Assembly: GCF_006345805.1 (NCBI RefSeq)
Contig: NC_043021.1
Location: forward strand, 9,920,001 to 9,984,000
Origin: Octopus sinensis
Lineage: Eukaryota
Reading direction: 5' to 3'
DNA length: 64,000 nt
Shown here: positions 40,001 through 53,873 of the stretch, piece by piece
Position numbering within the stretch: position 1 is the first letter of the stretch
How the letters are laid out: each line of letters opens with the position of its first letter
Notes under the pieces: model-generated
The model's input: the letters and a program-made list of their open reading frames with translations, nothing else
Databases searched by the model: none
Told to the model about the DNA's origin: nothing
Position numbers and translations under genes: made by a program

Positions 40001-43000
40001 TTTCTATTACAAAGTGTACTGGTGTAATTTTTTTTGTATCAAGGATATCATAAAATGAAGATCCTAAACCATGGTACCATGTAAAAAGCATTAGTGTGGG
40101 TGCTGATACCATGTGAAAAGCACCCTCTGTAAAGTGGCTGGCATTAGGACGGGCATTCAGCTAAGGAAACCAAGCCTAAATGGACTGTGGAACCTGGTGC
40201 AGTCTCTGCATTGCCAGTTCCTGTCAAACAGTCCAACCCATGCCAGCATAGAAAATGGATGTTAAATGTTGATGATTGATAATAATCTGACACCTGTCCA
40301 CTACATCAGCAGTTTTCGTCTCCATTTCTCACCCTTGTTGATTAACCTTTTTTTCCTCTCTTTTACTTGCTGACTTTTTAGTGTCTAATGTAGACATACA
40401 AATACATATGCACTCACATACACACAAATAGTTGAAATTTTAGATCCATAACGTAAATCTCAGTTAAGCATATTTAATTTTTTTTTTTCAGATGTAATTA
40501 ACATTCAAAATCTTGTGTCAAAATGTTATTAGCCCTTATAAAGCTTTACTTAGAGGCAGCAAAGTGAGCAGACATCAAGTAACTGATGTGTTTAAGAAGT
40601 GCTATGTCAAAATAAGGTCTGCTATATAAAACTGAACAGTCTCTCAGACATCATGTTACATTGGATGTATTTTTAAAAACTACATTTGTAAATGATATAG
40701 AAAATATGCTGTAAACTAATTTCTACTTTTGTGCGTGTCTAGATATACAGACATGCGTGTCTTGATACATAAAGCAGTATCTGAATATTTTATGATAAAA
40801 TATATTGTGCATCTAGTCTGGTGGGTAGCAGAATCGGTTGGGTGTAGATGAAAATATGTTATTTGGTTACATTTTGAGTTCAATTATTACCTAAATCCAT
40901 TGTCTTGTCCTTCTCTGAGTTCAATATGATTCACTAACCCATGGGTGGGGTGATTTCCTTGTATGGGCTGCAATCCAATGACTGGAGTCTGTAAAAATGT
41001 ATGTCTTTACATGGATATAAAATAATACAGTGTAATACAATTTTTGTCCATGGGTAGAAACTGTTATTTCCTATTTGCTTACCCCTAGAAAGTATGAAAA
41101 ATGGTTGATATTTCCTTCAAACTTTGCTCTTATTACATTTATTCAAACCCCAAAGAATCCCTCTCAACACATGACTATAATGATCCCCTCATCATCAAAG
41201 ATGCACATATTGTCAGCCACTAAGGGACATGCTTAAGTGGTTAAGGTCAAGCAACTGACAAACAAATCAGTGGCATTGAGCAGAATATTTGCTATAATGA
41301 TATTTCTGCTTCAGCAACTCAACGCTGACTTTGTTTGAAATGTAGTGGAAAATGTATAAGTTTTAAAATATTGAAGTCCAGGTCAAAAAAGCAAAGTTTG
41401 AAGGAAATAGTAATCATTTCCAGATAGAAATGAATCGGAAATAACACTTACTGACTAAATACAAAAAAGATAAAAATTAAAATTTTGTTACATAGTGTAA
41501 CTGGTGATTTTTTTTTTTTTTTTTTTTTTTTCAAATGCATTGTGTTTCACCAAATATCTTGTACACAATTAGTGAGGTTTATTTCATATTGTGTTGGGGG
41601 GAAAACAAGAAAATCCCTTAGGTTTCACTGTTATGTTTATTTAATTGACTTCTATTTTTGAACAAGTTTTGAATTCCTTTGGGGGTGAACTTCTAATATA
41701 TTGACATGTTAGGAAAACAGGGTGGCAATGTAGACTCATATTACAGCAGTTTTCATGTAAGGCTAGACATTGTATATTTAACTTGAAGGGTAAAAGTTAC
41801 AGTCAGCAGCTATTTGAACTTTCTTGTGATTACATTTCTAAAGAGTAGACAGCTGCCTTTGTCGTCGTCATCATCATCATCGTCAGTCATTTAATGTTCA
41901 CTTTTCTGAGCTTGCATGAGTCGGATGGAGTTTATCTGAGGCAGATTTTCTCTGGCTGGATGCCCTTCCTGTTGCCAAGCAAAGTAATATTTCCCCCATT
42001 CTTGCAGAATATTGGAAATGAATGACGTTACTTGTTTGACAGGGACACACATTTACAACTATCATATGATGTCAACACACAAACACACACACTCTCTCTC
42101 TCTCTCTGTATAGACACACATACAATGGGTTTCTCTCAAGTTTTCATCTATTAAATCCATTCACAAGGCTTTGGTCGGCCCAGGGCTACGATAGAAGACT
42201 CTCCCCCAGGTTGCCACACAGTGGGACTGAATCCAGAACTATGTGATTGGGAAGCCATACACCTAGCCATACCTGTGCCTCTGTGGTTAATTAACTTTCA
42301 ATATAATAATGGGTTTAAACCAATTGGGGTGTATTTCGTTGTCATTGTTTTGCATTCACTTTTCCATGCTAGCATGAGTTGGCTGAGATTTCTTTAGACA
42401 GTATTCTTTATTTGGACAACTTTCTTGATGCCAATTTTTGTCTTCAAGTAACATGCTTTATTCCATTGTCCTTTGCATATAGAACTGCTGAGACATGGGA
42501 TTTAATGTTACTGCTACCTAAATAGTGTTAATGTGGAGATAGACAGGGCCCATATTATATACAATGGGCTTTTGTATAGTTTCATCTACCAAATTTCACT
42601 CACAAAGGTTTGGTCAGCCTAAGGCTATAGAAGGAAGAACTTGCCCAAGGCATCATGCATGGTTGTGCAATAATATTTAGGTATATATGTGTATATAGAT
42701 ATATGTATACACACAGAGAGCATCCAGTGAGCCACAGAGCTGTGCCAAACTCCAGTGTCAGTTTTGGCACTGTTGCCCTTTCTAATACAAACCACTGTAA
42801 ACGTGTATTGAGTGCGTTTTTTTTTCATGGCACTGGCACTAGTGAGGTCACCTGGTAAGTTGCAAGGCAGAAAATGAATGGAAAAAGGGGAAAAGCTTGG
42901 TGGTGCTGGTGGGTATTACAGAGTGGGAGGTAGCTTTATGCTGGTGTCTTGCTATAGGAAAAGTATGTGACTACAGTATATTATGTAATGCTGGGGAGAA

Positions 43001-46000
43001 GATAAAGTTGGTAGTGACGGGATGCCAGAACAAGCTGTCAAAATACAAAAAGGTATAAGAGAGGATATGGACAGCGGATCAGGTGTGTGTGGAGGGCAGT
43101 TTCATAAGAGTGTGAGGGGAGATCTGGGGGGTAGAGTGGTGAGCAGTGTAAGAGTGCACCTGATCATAAATATCAGTATGGAGAGGGGGTAAGGTGAGAA
43201 AGATAACATTGACTTAGGAAAGAGGGTAGATCAGAAGGTAGAGGGAGGATGTGCACGATGTAGGTGAGGGAGATGTCATGGTACATATGGATGTCTGTAG
43301 TGAGTAGGCAGATGTGACTGTAGCTATGGGAGAATGTTGGGGATGAAGGCAGATAAGTGTGGTGTTAGGATGGAGTATGGCAGAAGAGAAAGATATCTGA
43401 AGGCATAGGACATCGGTAAGAAGTGGGGATGGAAAGTTATGGCGAGGGGGTGTAACTTGTAGTGCAAAGGATTGTGGGTAGCAATATGTGATTACAGCTT
43501 CTGAGTAGTGCCATAGATAGAGGAGTGATGGAGGTTGGGTATTAGGGGAATACTTGACAGGACAGAATGGGTTACAAGCCTACACAGAATGCTTTTGGGA
43601 CATCATTTTTGCCCTTATAATCAGGTCACAGGGAATTGACAATCATCTCAGTCCTTTGTCATCTCCTCTGTAAGACTCAACATCTTGGGATCTGCTTTCA
43701 CTACCCCTTTCCATGTCTTCCTGGGCCTCTCTCGTTCACAAGTTCCATCCACTTTGTGTCGGGCATTTTATTCAGCTGTCCTCGTCCATATACTTCGCAT
43801 GACAAAACCAGCTCAATCTTCTCCTCTGTGCACTACATCTGATCCCTCTTGTTTCTAATTTTTCTTTCAATACCTTAGTACATTATTGGGCATGCCCACT
43901 AATATCGCACATCCGGCATTACATGCCAGCTTCATTTCTCTCTAGTTTTTACATGCCCTCTGCATTCAGGGCCCATGTCTCACTACCATGTAACATTGCT
44001 GTTTGCATATAAGCATCATACAGTCTACTTTTGACTCAGAGAGTCCTTTTTGTTAACAACAGCACTAATTGCTCTCTGAAGTTTCTGCTGTCTATTTTTA
44101 TTCTGGCAACTACACATGTAGAACATCCTCCTCTACTATTAATTAGGTAATCTATCTATCTAGCTAATTGAAATTATCTACTCTATCTCTAGGGACCCTC
44201 CAGGGCATTTGAAAAAAATTGTATTTCCCATGTGTCCTTAGAGTTTATTGCTTCAGCATATCTACATACAAACACTATTTTCTCCATTAATTTTCCTATA
44301 AATTCCTGCCTATACCTCTCCTACATACCGAGCAGGGCCATTTATCTGAGGGGAGTAGAATCCTGTCTTTTCCTGCTTACTAGAACTTGGGCGTTTGTCA
44401 AGTTACTTTTAAAGCCCTTTGATTTCAGGTTTTGCTTCCACATCTGGAATTTTTTTCTAATTCTACTATAGATTCTGCTATAAGAATAAGATCATCAGCA
44501 CGTAATAGTTCTGAAGGGCAGTCAGTCTTAAATTCCTCAGTTATAGCCTGGAAGACAATGGTGAATGAGAGGAGCCTGAGAACTGTGGCAAACTTTTGTG
44601 CTCTAAATTCATCACTGTACTCCTGGCTAACTTTCACTTTTCTGACAGTACCCCTGTACATGGCTTGTACGGCTTTCACAAGCCATTCATCTACCCTTAA
44701 TTTTCTCAGAGATCACCAGATCACAAAGCAAGGGACTCTATTGAAGGCTTTCTCCAGATCAACACATGCTGAGTATAAAGGTTTATTCCAGCTACATATG
44801 TCTGCAGATGTGTCCCTAGAAAGATGGCATCAGTAGTGGACAGTATGATCACCTCTGAGGACAGGGAGGAAATCAGAAGTGGTAGTGTTGTTCTCCTCTG
44901 TAGTGCTGCCCCAATATATTTTATAATTAATTACATAAATATAAAATATATACATGAATACACATATGCATGTTATAATGCTTTGTGTGAATTTGGTAGA
45001 AACTATAGGAAGCCTATTGTATGTGTGTGTGAATGTTGATATCCTATGGGTTCATTTGAGTAAAATGGTGATATGAACAAAATCCTTTATTTGTAAAACA
45101 GGTAACATTGGCAACAGGAAGAGCTCCTGGCTATAAAATCCTACCTTAAATACATCTGTCTCACTCATGCTGGCATGGAGAAACCAACATGAAATAAATG
45201 GATGAATATATATATATTAGCTATGTTGTGTTCAAGGTTGCTACCCATCTTTATTTGAGCATGAATGTCTTGACAAGTTACTAAAAATCGGAGATCTGCA
45301 CATATAGGAAAATGCCTTAATTTCCATTAAGTAGACATTTGATTCGTTAAAGTGTTAAATATTATACATAGAAAAAAAATAGTTATATTGTTTTAATAGC
45401 AACAATTTAATTAAGAGAATTAACTTCTTTTATGTCTGTAATTATCACGTGCTATTTCAGTTAACAAGCAAAATTAGTTTGTCAAGTAAAGAACTATAGC
45501 ATCACACATTGCCTGAATAGAACTAAAATTTCAGCCGGAACCTGTTTTTCCCATCAGCTGTTATAAAAATTTTAGTCATTTTCTGTGTAAACTAATAGTT
45601 CAAGGACGATTAATTTTATACAAATTATTTATAAAAATAAAGTTTTCCCACTTCATTTATTTTTAATCTGTTAATAGGTATTGTTCAACTTATTTTTGTG
45701 CTGAAATTTAAAACCCATTTTTATGTAAAATAAACAAAACTGTTGGTTTTAAGATTAAATTATGAAAGCATTATGTAGATGCCTTTAAAAAGGGACTTCA
45801 AATGATGGGAGTGGGTGTGTTCCAGTTTTGCTCAGTTTACAACTATGTTTCATTTAGCAGTGTAAATTCCTAAATTTGAGATTTTATAGCTGTTTATTTC
45901 CTAGCTGAAAGCTTAGTACCTATATCCCTTTTCAACTTTAAGTATTCCATTATTGAAATCAAGGCTAATTTTAACGGATATGATCTAAATAGTACTTGTG

Positions 46001-49000
46001 CTGTAATATAATACAGAATGCATTTTTCACATTCATTGAAGAAAAAGATAAATAAATCAAAGCCCTTGTTGCTTTAACCCTTTTGTTACCATATTTCTTT
46101 CGAAACACACTGCCTTTGTTTCAGTTGATTCTGAAAATAAAAGAATTTAATACAATAACTTTCTTAACCCTTTCATTACAGTATTTATTTTGAGATGCTC
46201 TGTGTTTCTTTCAATTACTTTAAATATAACAAAGAATTTAGTAAAATAACTTAGTTATCATTCAGCTAGTGTTAGGAACATAAATTGTGACTGAGGTTTG
46301 GTGGAAGATTTTAATTCAAAACTTATGAAAACACGACATTTGTACTCAGAGCCAGAGCTGGTTTCAGCCGGGTTGGTAACGAAAGGGTTAATATTAAATT
46401 ATAAAATTTTGAAGGAAAGTTTTAACTTACATCTTACATCACTTTAAAGGGGAAATTTGTATCAGAGAACTATGGTGGTCTCTGGCAGTTTGGTGTCAAA
46501 AGGGTTGAGAGACTGTATCATGAAAACATTTACTCATAATTTTAAACTTAACTTCTAATGACTAGGAAAAGCATTTTTATTATTTTTTTAATTTTTCAGT
46601 CAGTTCACAGCTATTATGAAGGTTCGTAACTTTCTGTTGTAGGAACTTGTAGGATATTTTCCAGCTTAATACCTAAACTTCAGTTTTTTTACTATTTTGT
46701 ATATATAATCACCGAAGCAAGAATTTGTAATTAATAACTAATAATTTATTCTCAATTTACTATTGAATTAATAATGCTCACCTGGAAACTAATGATCCTT
46801 AGGATTGTTTGTTACACACATTTTACCACCAGTAATTTGTTTAAATCAAATTGTGTTGTAAAACAAATTTCATTCAAAATTTTGCAGAAAATGTTATAAA
46901 TTGAATTATGTGTATTGTATTGGTGCTGTTGGTACATAATTTTACGTATGGTCCATAGTAAAACAATTGAAAATTTAAGGCAGGGATGTTATTTTTATAA
47001 ACTCATATGATGAGATCTCATTAGCCATTTACAAAATTCAGAAATTCTCTAATGGAAAATTCATAATGTTGGTTTATGTTTGAGTTGTTGGTATTTTTTT
47101 GAATTTATACTTACGGTTGAAAGTGAAAATAGGGTAACATAATTGATTTATGAACTTGTAACATCCCATTGAAAATTTCCCAAGTCAAAAACCCAGAGTA
47201 ATAATGAATGATAGCCTGGATTAGTTTTCTCTCCTAAAATTCCTTACTTCTTTAAAAATGAATGTATACAAAGTTAGTACAATTCTTGTGATGGTGTGTG
47301 TTTCATTGATGGCTAATTCAGTACTACCAAGCAGGTAGTTAATAAAAGTTACTTTACCAAAGTACAATATTAACTCCTGTTATTGTGTTTCTGTTAAATT
47401 TCACTTAGTTTCAATCAATTTTGAAAATATTGAATTCAAGTAATTTAGTTATTAAGCTGTTGTTTGGAACATAAAATGTGAGATTTAAATGGAAGGTTTC
47501 AGTTATGGTCACTCTAAACCAGAGATTTGTATCATAGAATCATGAGTGGTCTCAGGTGGGTTAGTATCAAAAGGGTTAATGCTACATTTGTATTAAATAT
47601 TATGTTTTCATTATTATGTTTCTTTTTAATCACTATTGAGATATATTGTTAAGCATTTAAAACTGAACTGATATCTTTTTTTTTTTTTCTGCATGTATTT
47701 GATTCATAAAACTTTTAAAATTGTTTTTCATCTTCTCAGAAGTATACATTCTATTACATATTGCCTTACGAATGAATCTGTTTACTAGTGTTGTGTTCCA
47801 TATTCTTTCATGTTCCTTTCATGGTTTCCATAAAAGTGTTAAATGCACAGATGATAGACAACAAGATGATGATTATTGGGCTAAGTTGTAACTGGAGCTA
47901 ATTTAATAATTATGAATAAAGTATAGGACCCACTGCAAACTAACAGTATACAATTCTATCACCAGGATTTGAATCTTGGTCTATAGAATACCAGTTCATA
48001 TGCTCTAACTATAGAAAAAAAAATTTAACATATGACAAACATAAGCATAATCCTTTAGTATATGGATTATGCTGTCATATGTCATGCTTACTCACATTGT
48101 TTTGAATTAATCACACATTATCTTGGAGATTTAGATGTGATTGTTTATTTCTAGAATGACATTATAGAGTAGGTGTGAAAAGCTGGTTAGTTTGAAATAT
48201 AAAACAAGTAGAATATTTGGGCTGGATATGGCCATTTTAAATGCTAATAGGTTCAGCATGCTTGCTATATAAATAAAATCCATTGTCATCATAAATTTGT
48301 AATGTACTTGGGAGAACAGTATTTAGATAACAGTAGGATAGGTCCCCTCTGCTAGGCAATGAATCTTTCCTTGTTGGTTATGATTGTTTTGTCAGAAATG
48401 AGTTTGGTTCAAGTGATTAACCTCCTTTCGTGCCACAGACCAATTCAAAATGAAAAGTTATTAAGAACATCGTTGCATGTGCAACATGTTGAGCCCAGCA
48501 AGGTATGATGCAATTAAGAACAAAACTTGGAAGTGCACCATGACCAGCAAGGTGAAGCAGCATATGGTAGTCTGGTCAATACAGTGATTACTTGTGCAGC
48601 AGATGGAGTGATATCAATGACAGGTTGTCATTTATTAATGAATTCATCTGTTTCTTGAAAAATACATTCTACCTGATGTATTTTATTGGTGCATCTGGTC
48701 ACTAAAAACTTATGTAGCAGCTGAAGCACTATTATCAGAACAGTAAATAATAGAATCATGCTCATATGTTTCTTCAGCTCTGCACTTTGAATAAAGCTTT
48801 CAAAGATTTATTGTTTGCACTCAGAAATTAGTTGGCTGATAACACTTTTGATGCCAACCCAAAAACTGCTCTTGGTTCTATGATACAAACTTTCTGTTTT
48901 AAAGTAATCTGAACTTAAACTTGACTTTAAGTTTCATGTTAAGTCCAGTTTCAAGCACCAGGTAAATAAGGGCAAAGTTCTTATTTTAAAGATGAATTGA

Positions 49001-52000
49001 TTTTAAAGATGAATTGAAACAAAGGCAGTGTATTTCAGCAGTAATATGGTATCAAAGGTGTTATAATAATGATAATAATGAAATTATTGTATACAGTGCT
49101 CAGGTGCACCACAACTTGTCAGAAAGTGCATATAAAGTACATGCAGTAATGTAAAAATGTCTGGAAAGCGAACAATGTATGAGTCAGATACATGCCCGTG
49201 TGTGTATGGAGGGGAGAAAATCAGGTGTAGTGTTGGCGAATCTCAGAAAGCATGGAAGTTTTGAAGGATGCAGTGCTCCGACAACTAACAACTGATGCCG
49301 GCAGTTTGTTTCATGCTTCAGCAACTCTCAGCTTGAAAAAATGTTTCCTGAAGTCATGGGAGCTGTGCTGTTTTCTGACTTTGTAAAGTGTTAGATAGAA
49401 ACTACCTGAGATGTTTTTATTAAGTTTTTCCAAATTCTTTAAATTCTTTTCTCTATGATAAACTCAGAAATGTGATATATTTATTTGGTTGGATGAAGTT
49501 ATTTTGCAACTGCAAAGAAATAAAGGTAATACTTTTTCAAAATAAATTGGCTCTCTCCAGATTTTTTTGCCTTGCCTTTTTGATACCAACCTACCTGAGA
49601 CCACCCCTCTGATACTAGCTTCCTGGTTTAAAGTGATCTAAATTAAAACTTTCATTCAAAATTTCATATCAATTTGTTTTAAACATAGTTCAATAATGAA
49701 ATTATTATACTAAATTCTTCATTGTTTTTAAAATTCATCGAAATAAAAATAGTTTACTTCAACAGAAATATGGTAACGAAAGGGTTGAGTTAGAGTTATT
49801 CAAACTTATGATTAACCTGCCACAGGCTCTTCTAGTTTCTGAATTTCTCTGAATTGCAGATGAGCCCAGTAGACAATGACCTTCAAATATATTGAGCATT
49901 ATGTCCACATGGGTGACGTCTGGCAGATTTCAGTCCCTTTAAATTACCAAACTGAGTAATTTTTAAGTATTGGAAATGAAACGGGAATGGTGAAGGAAGA
50001 ATTGATTTCTTTCATAATGATATTAGTTTGAAACCAAAGTTTAATTATACTCTTACAGTGATTTTTGGTTATAAAGACATTTTAAATCTCTACCCTGCAT
50101 TCTGAATCATAAAGATGTATTTTATTTTCCCAACATCATATTTAGTAGAGCAAGGTTTCAATTCTGTTAAGATATGGTGCATGTGTGTCCTTATATATAT
50201 ATATATATATAGGATACACATGCACCGTATTGTCTTATATATATAATCATTCAAAGCTAGGCTTGTGCAAGTTGTTCCTAGTTTCTGATCCTGAGGTGCT
50301 TAGAGACCGGAAACAAGAAACTCTAAGAAGTGACCCAGACAGGCTCGACTTGGAGTAAATTTTATTCCTATACCTAACAGTATTGAGTACATTTCTTTTT
50401 GTTAATTGCAATTCATTCCCATAACCTCCTGTGTCTTGTGTGTATAATCATGTCGATAGCAACCAATTACTCTATATATTGTCCTCTTGTTGACCAAATG
50501 AAATTTCATATTGTTAATTTTATGAGATATTGATCACGATTTTAAGCTCTAATATGTACACTTTATTAGCTACTAAAATAGTTAGTGCTGATAGGATGCA
50601 CTAGATGTGAAAGATAATGTGGGTTTTATGTTTATTGTTTAGCTTCCAGTTAGCTTTGATCAAGTAAATCTATGATCAGATATATTCCAGCTGTAATAAT
50701 CCTGTTTTGTGAAGAATATAACTAAGACTATCTAAACCTATCATCTTGTGCAAGAAAGGTGGTGGTAATTTTCAAATTCTCATGTACAGAACACAAATAT
50801 ACAAAGATTTTCTGAAAATTCCCCAAAATAAAAAAAGTTTCGAGTGGTTACATGGGGTGCCTAAAGCAGAATTTTTCTGGCTGGTTGAGTGTCCAAATAG
50901 TGATCACTTATATTTAAATGTCTGAGGTATGAACTCAAAACCAGTTATTCCTAAAACTTTATTTTGTTAAGGTTATTACTACAGATATTCTATAGAAATT
51001 ATTGTCAGCACTGATTTTCGCTACGTTTCGTATCAAGATGGTGCACCTGAGCACTGTATACAATAATTTCATTATTATTATTATTATATATAAGATGTCA
51101 GATGTAAACAATGAGCTTGAAGACAAAAACGGGTAATGAGTGTATATGCCATATTTCGGAGGGTTTTGCCCCTTCCTCAGCACCCATCTAACCCATTCTT
51201 GCCTCTGAACACATTGGTTATATAGTCACCGCATACAGCAGAGTTAAGTTAATGGATATCCCAATGTTATGAGATATTGATAATGATTTTTAGCTTTACA
51301 TATATACACTTATTTATCGGTTGCTAAAGTAGTTAATTAGTGTTGATAGGATGCACTGTGTGTGTACCTACGAATCATTAAAATTCTTAAAACTGGCCCA
51401 AGTCTATATGTATGCGTGGTGGAAATGCATTGAGAAATATAATTTATCTAGGTTAGGTTAGTCTCTGGCGTCTTTCATTCTATTATTCAGAGAAATAATT
51501 TTAAATATTGATATGGTTTATGTAGCACACTTATGTTATACGCACACACACACACACTTTCTACACCACTTACAGCTATATACACAAACACACATTATGT
51601 ATGTACATGGTGTGTAGGTATGTATATACCTGACAATGGCCAAGCAACTTTCTCTTGTGTTTATTGACCTAAATAAGTTCTTTTAACATACATCTGTGCT
51701 TTTCAATAGGAAAACAAACAGCTGTGAGTGAGAATTTGAGAATTAGCTGAGCTTTTATGAAGGAACTAAAAGTAGGACAAGTATTGTTCTATACAAGGAG
51801 TTTTTGGTCTTCATGTATGCTCATTAATGGTTCATTTTCTGTCCCTTTAACATCATCCTTTGACTAGCCCCCTACCCCAAAATTTTAGCTCTTATTCCTA
51901 TAGTAAGAATTTTTAGTTAATTCAGGAACTGTAGAATAAGGTATAGATTACGGTATCAGGCGAGGGAGTTACTTCTGCTGCTGACACAATAACTCTCTAA

Positions 52001-53833
52001 GAAGGTATAGAATAGGGGTTCTCTACCAGGGTCCATATAAAATTTTGTTGTTAAAATTTATCTGCTATAAATTGGTTATATTTCCACAGTACATAAAATA
52101 TTTAAACTTTTTTTTTTAAGAAGTTGTTCTTAATAATACTTAATTGTAAAAGTGTAATAGGATTTTCTAAACATCGAGAGACTATGAGGGTCCTGTTGAG
52201 TAAAATAGGAATCAAGGGCACAACGTGGTTGAGAACCACTGATGTAGGATGTACTTCATTTGGAAAGGCATGAGTTGAGTACGGCCAGATTGGATGTGAA
52301 GTATGAGATAAAGGAGAGTTTTGGTTGAGAGTGAGCTCAATAAATGACTGGTCAGTATATAGTAGAGTATATAGAAAGGCGGCGAGCTGGCAGAAACGTT
52401 AGCACGCCGGGCGAAATGCTTAGTGGTATTTCGTCTGCGTTACGTTGTGAGTTCAAATTCTGCCACGGTTGACTTTGCCTTTCATCCTTTTGGGGTCGAT
52501 AAATTAAGTACCAGTTACGCACTGGGGTCAGTGTAATCGACTTAATACCTATGTCTGTCCTTGTTTGTCCGCTCTGTGTTTAGCCCCTTGTGGGTAATAA
52601 AGAAATAAGTATATAGTAGAGAGGGAAGGTGATTTCATTTGTCATATGGATCATGATGAAATGTTTAGAAATGAGAATGGATGCGAGCCAAAGATGCTCT
52701 GGTATGTCTCAGGATGAGACAATCCACAGTTGAAGTGCTTGGTGACGACATAGCTGTTTCAAAAACCTATTTTTTCACAGTAAGAAAATGAGCATAAATT
52801 TAAGGATTTTATTTTAAATGTTACTTTAGTTAATATTTCTCTTGTTGTGACTGAACACTTTTATTTATTTATTTTTCCAAGGTTAATTTTGAGTTACGAC
52901 TAATTTGTTTATAACAATGGTTTTGTTCGTTAGTGGCGTTCTGAACCTAATTTCTTTTGTCTCCTTGTAGTTGAAAAACAGCATTTTACTGTTTTCAGTG
53001 TTTATTAATTGCAGCTGTACCTGATTAAAACATTGCTCGTTGTAGCTTCTGAAAATATTTCAGTGCAGATAAAGCAATGAATTAGCAAACAAAAATGTTA
53101 TAAAGATATAAATATACAGTAAAAGCGTAATTTATAAGGACTGCTAAATAGTATTGAATGTAGATGTGTACTTTATTTACAGAAAAACCCTGCAAAAAAC
53201 AAAAATCTTAGAAACATAAAAGATATTATAACATCCAGTACTGCATTCTTTTGCTTTTTGGGTGTTGCCAAATATTTTCATTCTATTTCTGTATTTTTAT
53301 TTTAGTAGCTGGATAGTACATAGTAGTGAGCTAACACAATGTTCAATATTTATGATGTTGAAATAATCATCATCATCATCGTTTAACGTCCGCTTTCCAT
53401 GCTAGCATATGTTGGACGATTTGACTGAGGACCGGCGAAGCAGATGGCTGCACCAGGCTCCAATCTGACCTGGCAGAGTTTCTACAGCTGGATGCTCTTC
53501 CTAACACCAATCATTCCGAGAGTGTAGTGGGTGCTTTTACATGACACTGGCACGAGGGCCAGTCAGGTGGTACTGGCAACGGTCACACTCAAATGGTGCT
53601 TTTTATGTGCCACCTGCACAGGAGCCAGTCCAGCGGCACTGGCAACGATCTTGTTCTAATGTTTTTTCACATGCCACCGGCACAAGTGCCAGTAAGGCGA
53701 CACTGGTGACAATCATGCTTGAATGATGGCATTACATGCCACCGGCAATGAAGGCAGTCAACTGCTCTGGTAACGATCATACTCGGGTGGTGCTCTTAGC
53801 GCTCTGAAGAAAATTGTAAGGTGACCACACATC

Positions 53834-53873
<40 letters not shown>

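Noticed and set aside
50284-50322. Possible further hammerhead relic CTGAGGTGCTTAGAGACCGGAAAC
   Set aside because: Core incomplete and stems do not pair well enough to call.
52378-52470. tRNA gene
   Set aside because: A/B boxes belong to a SINE head followed by SINE body and TSD; no cloverleaf could be completed.
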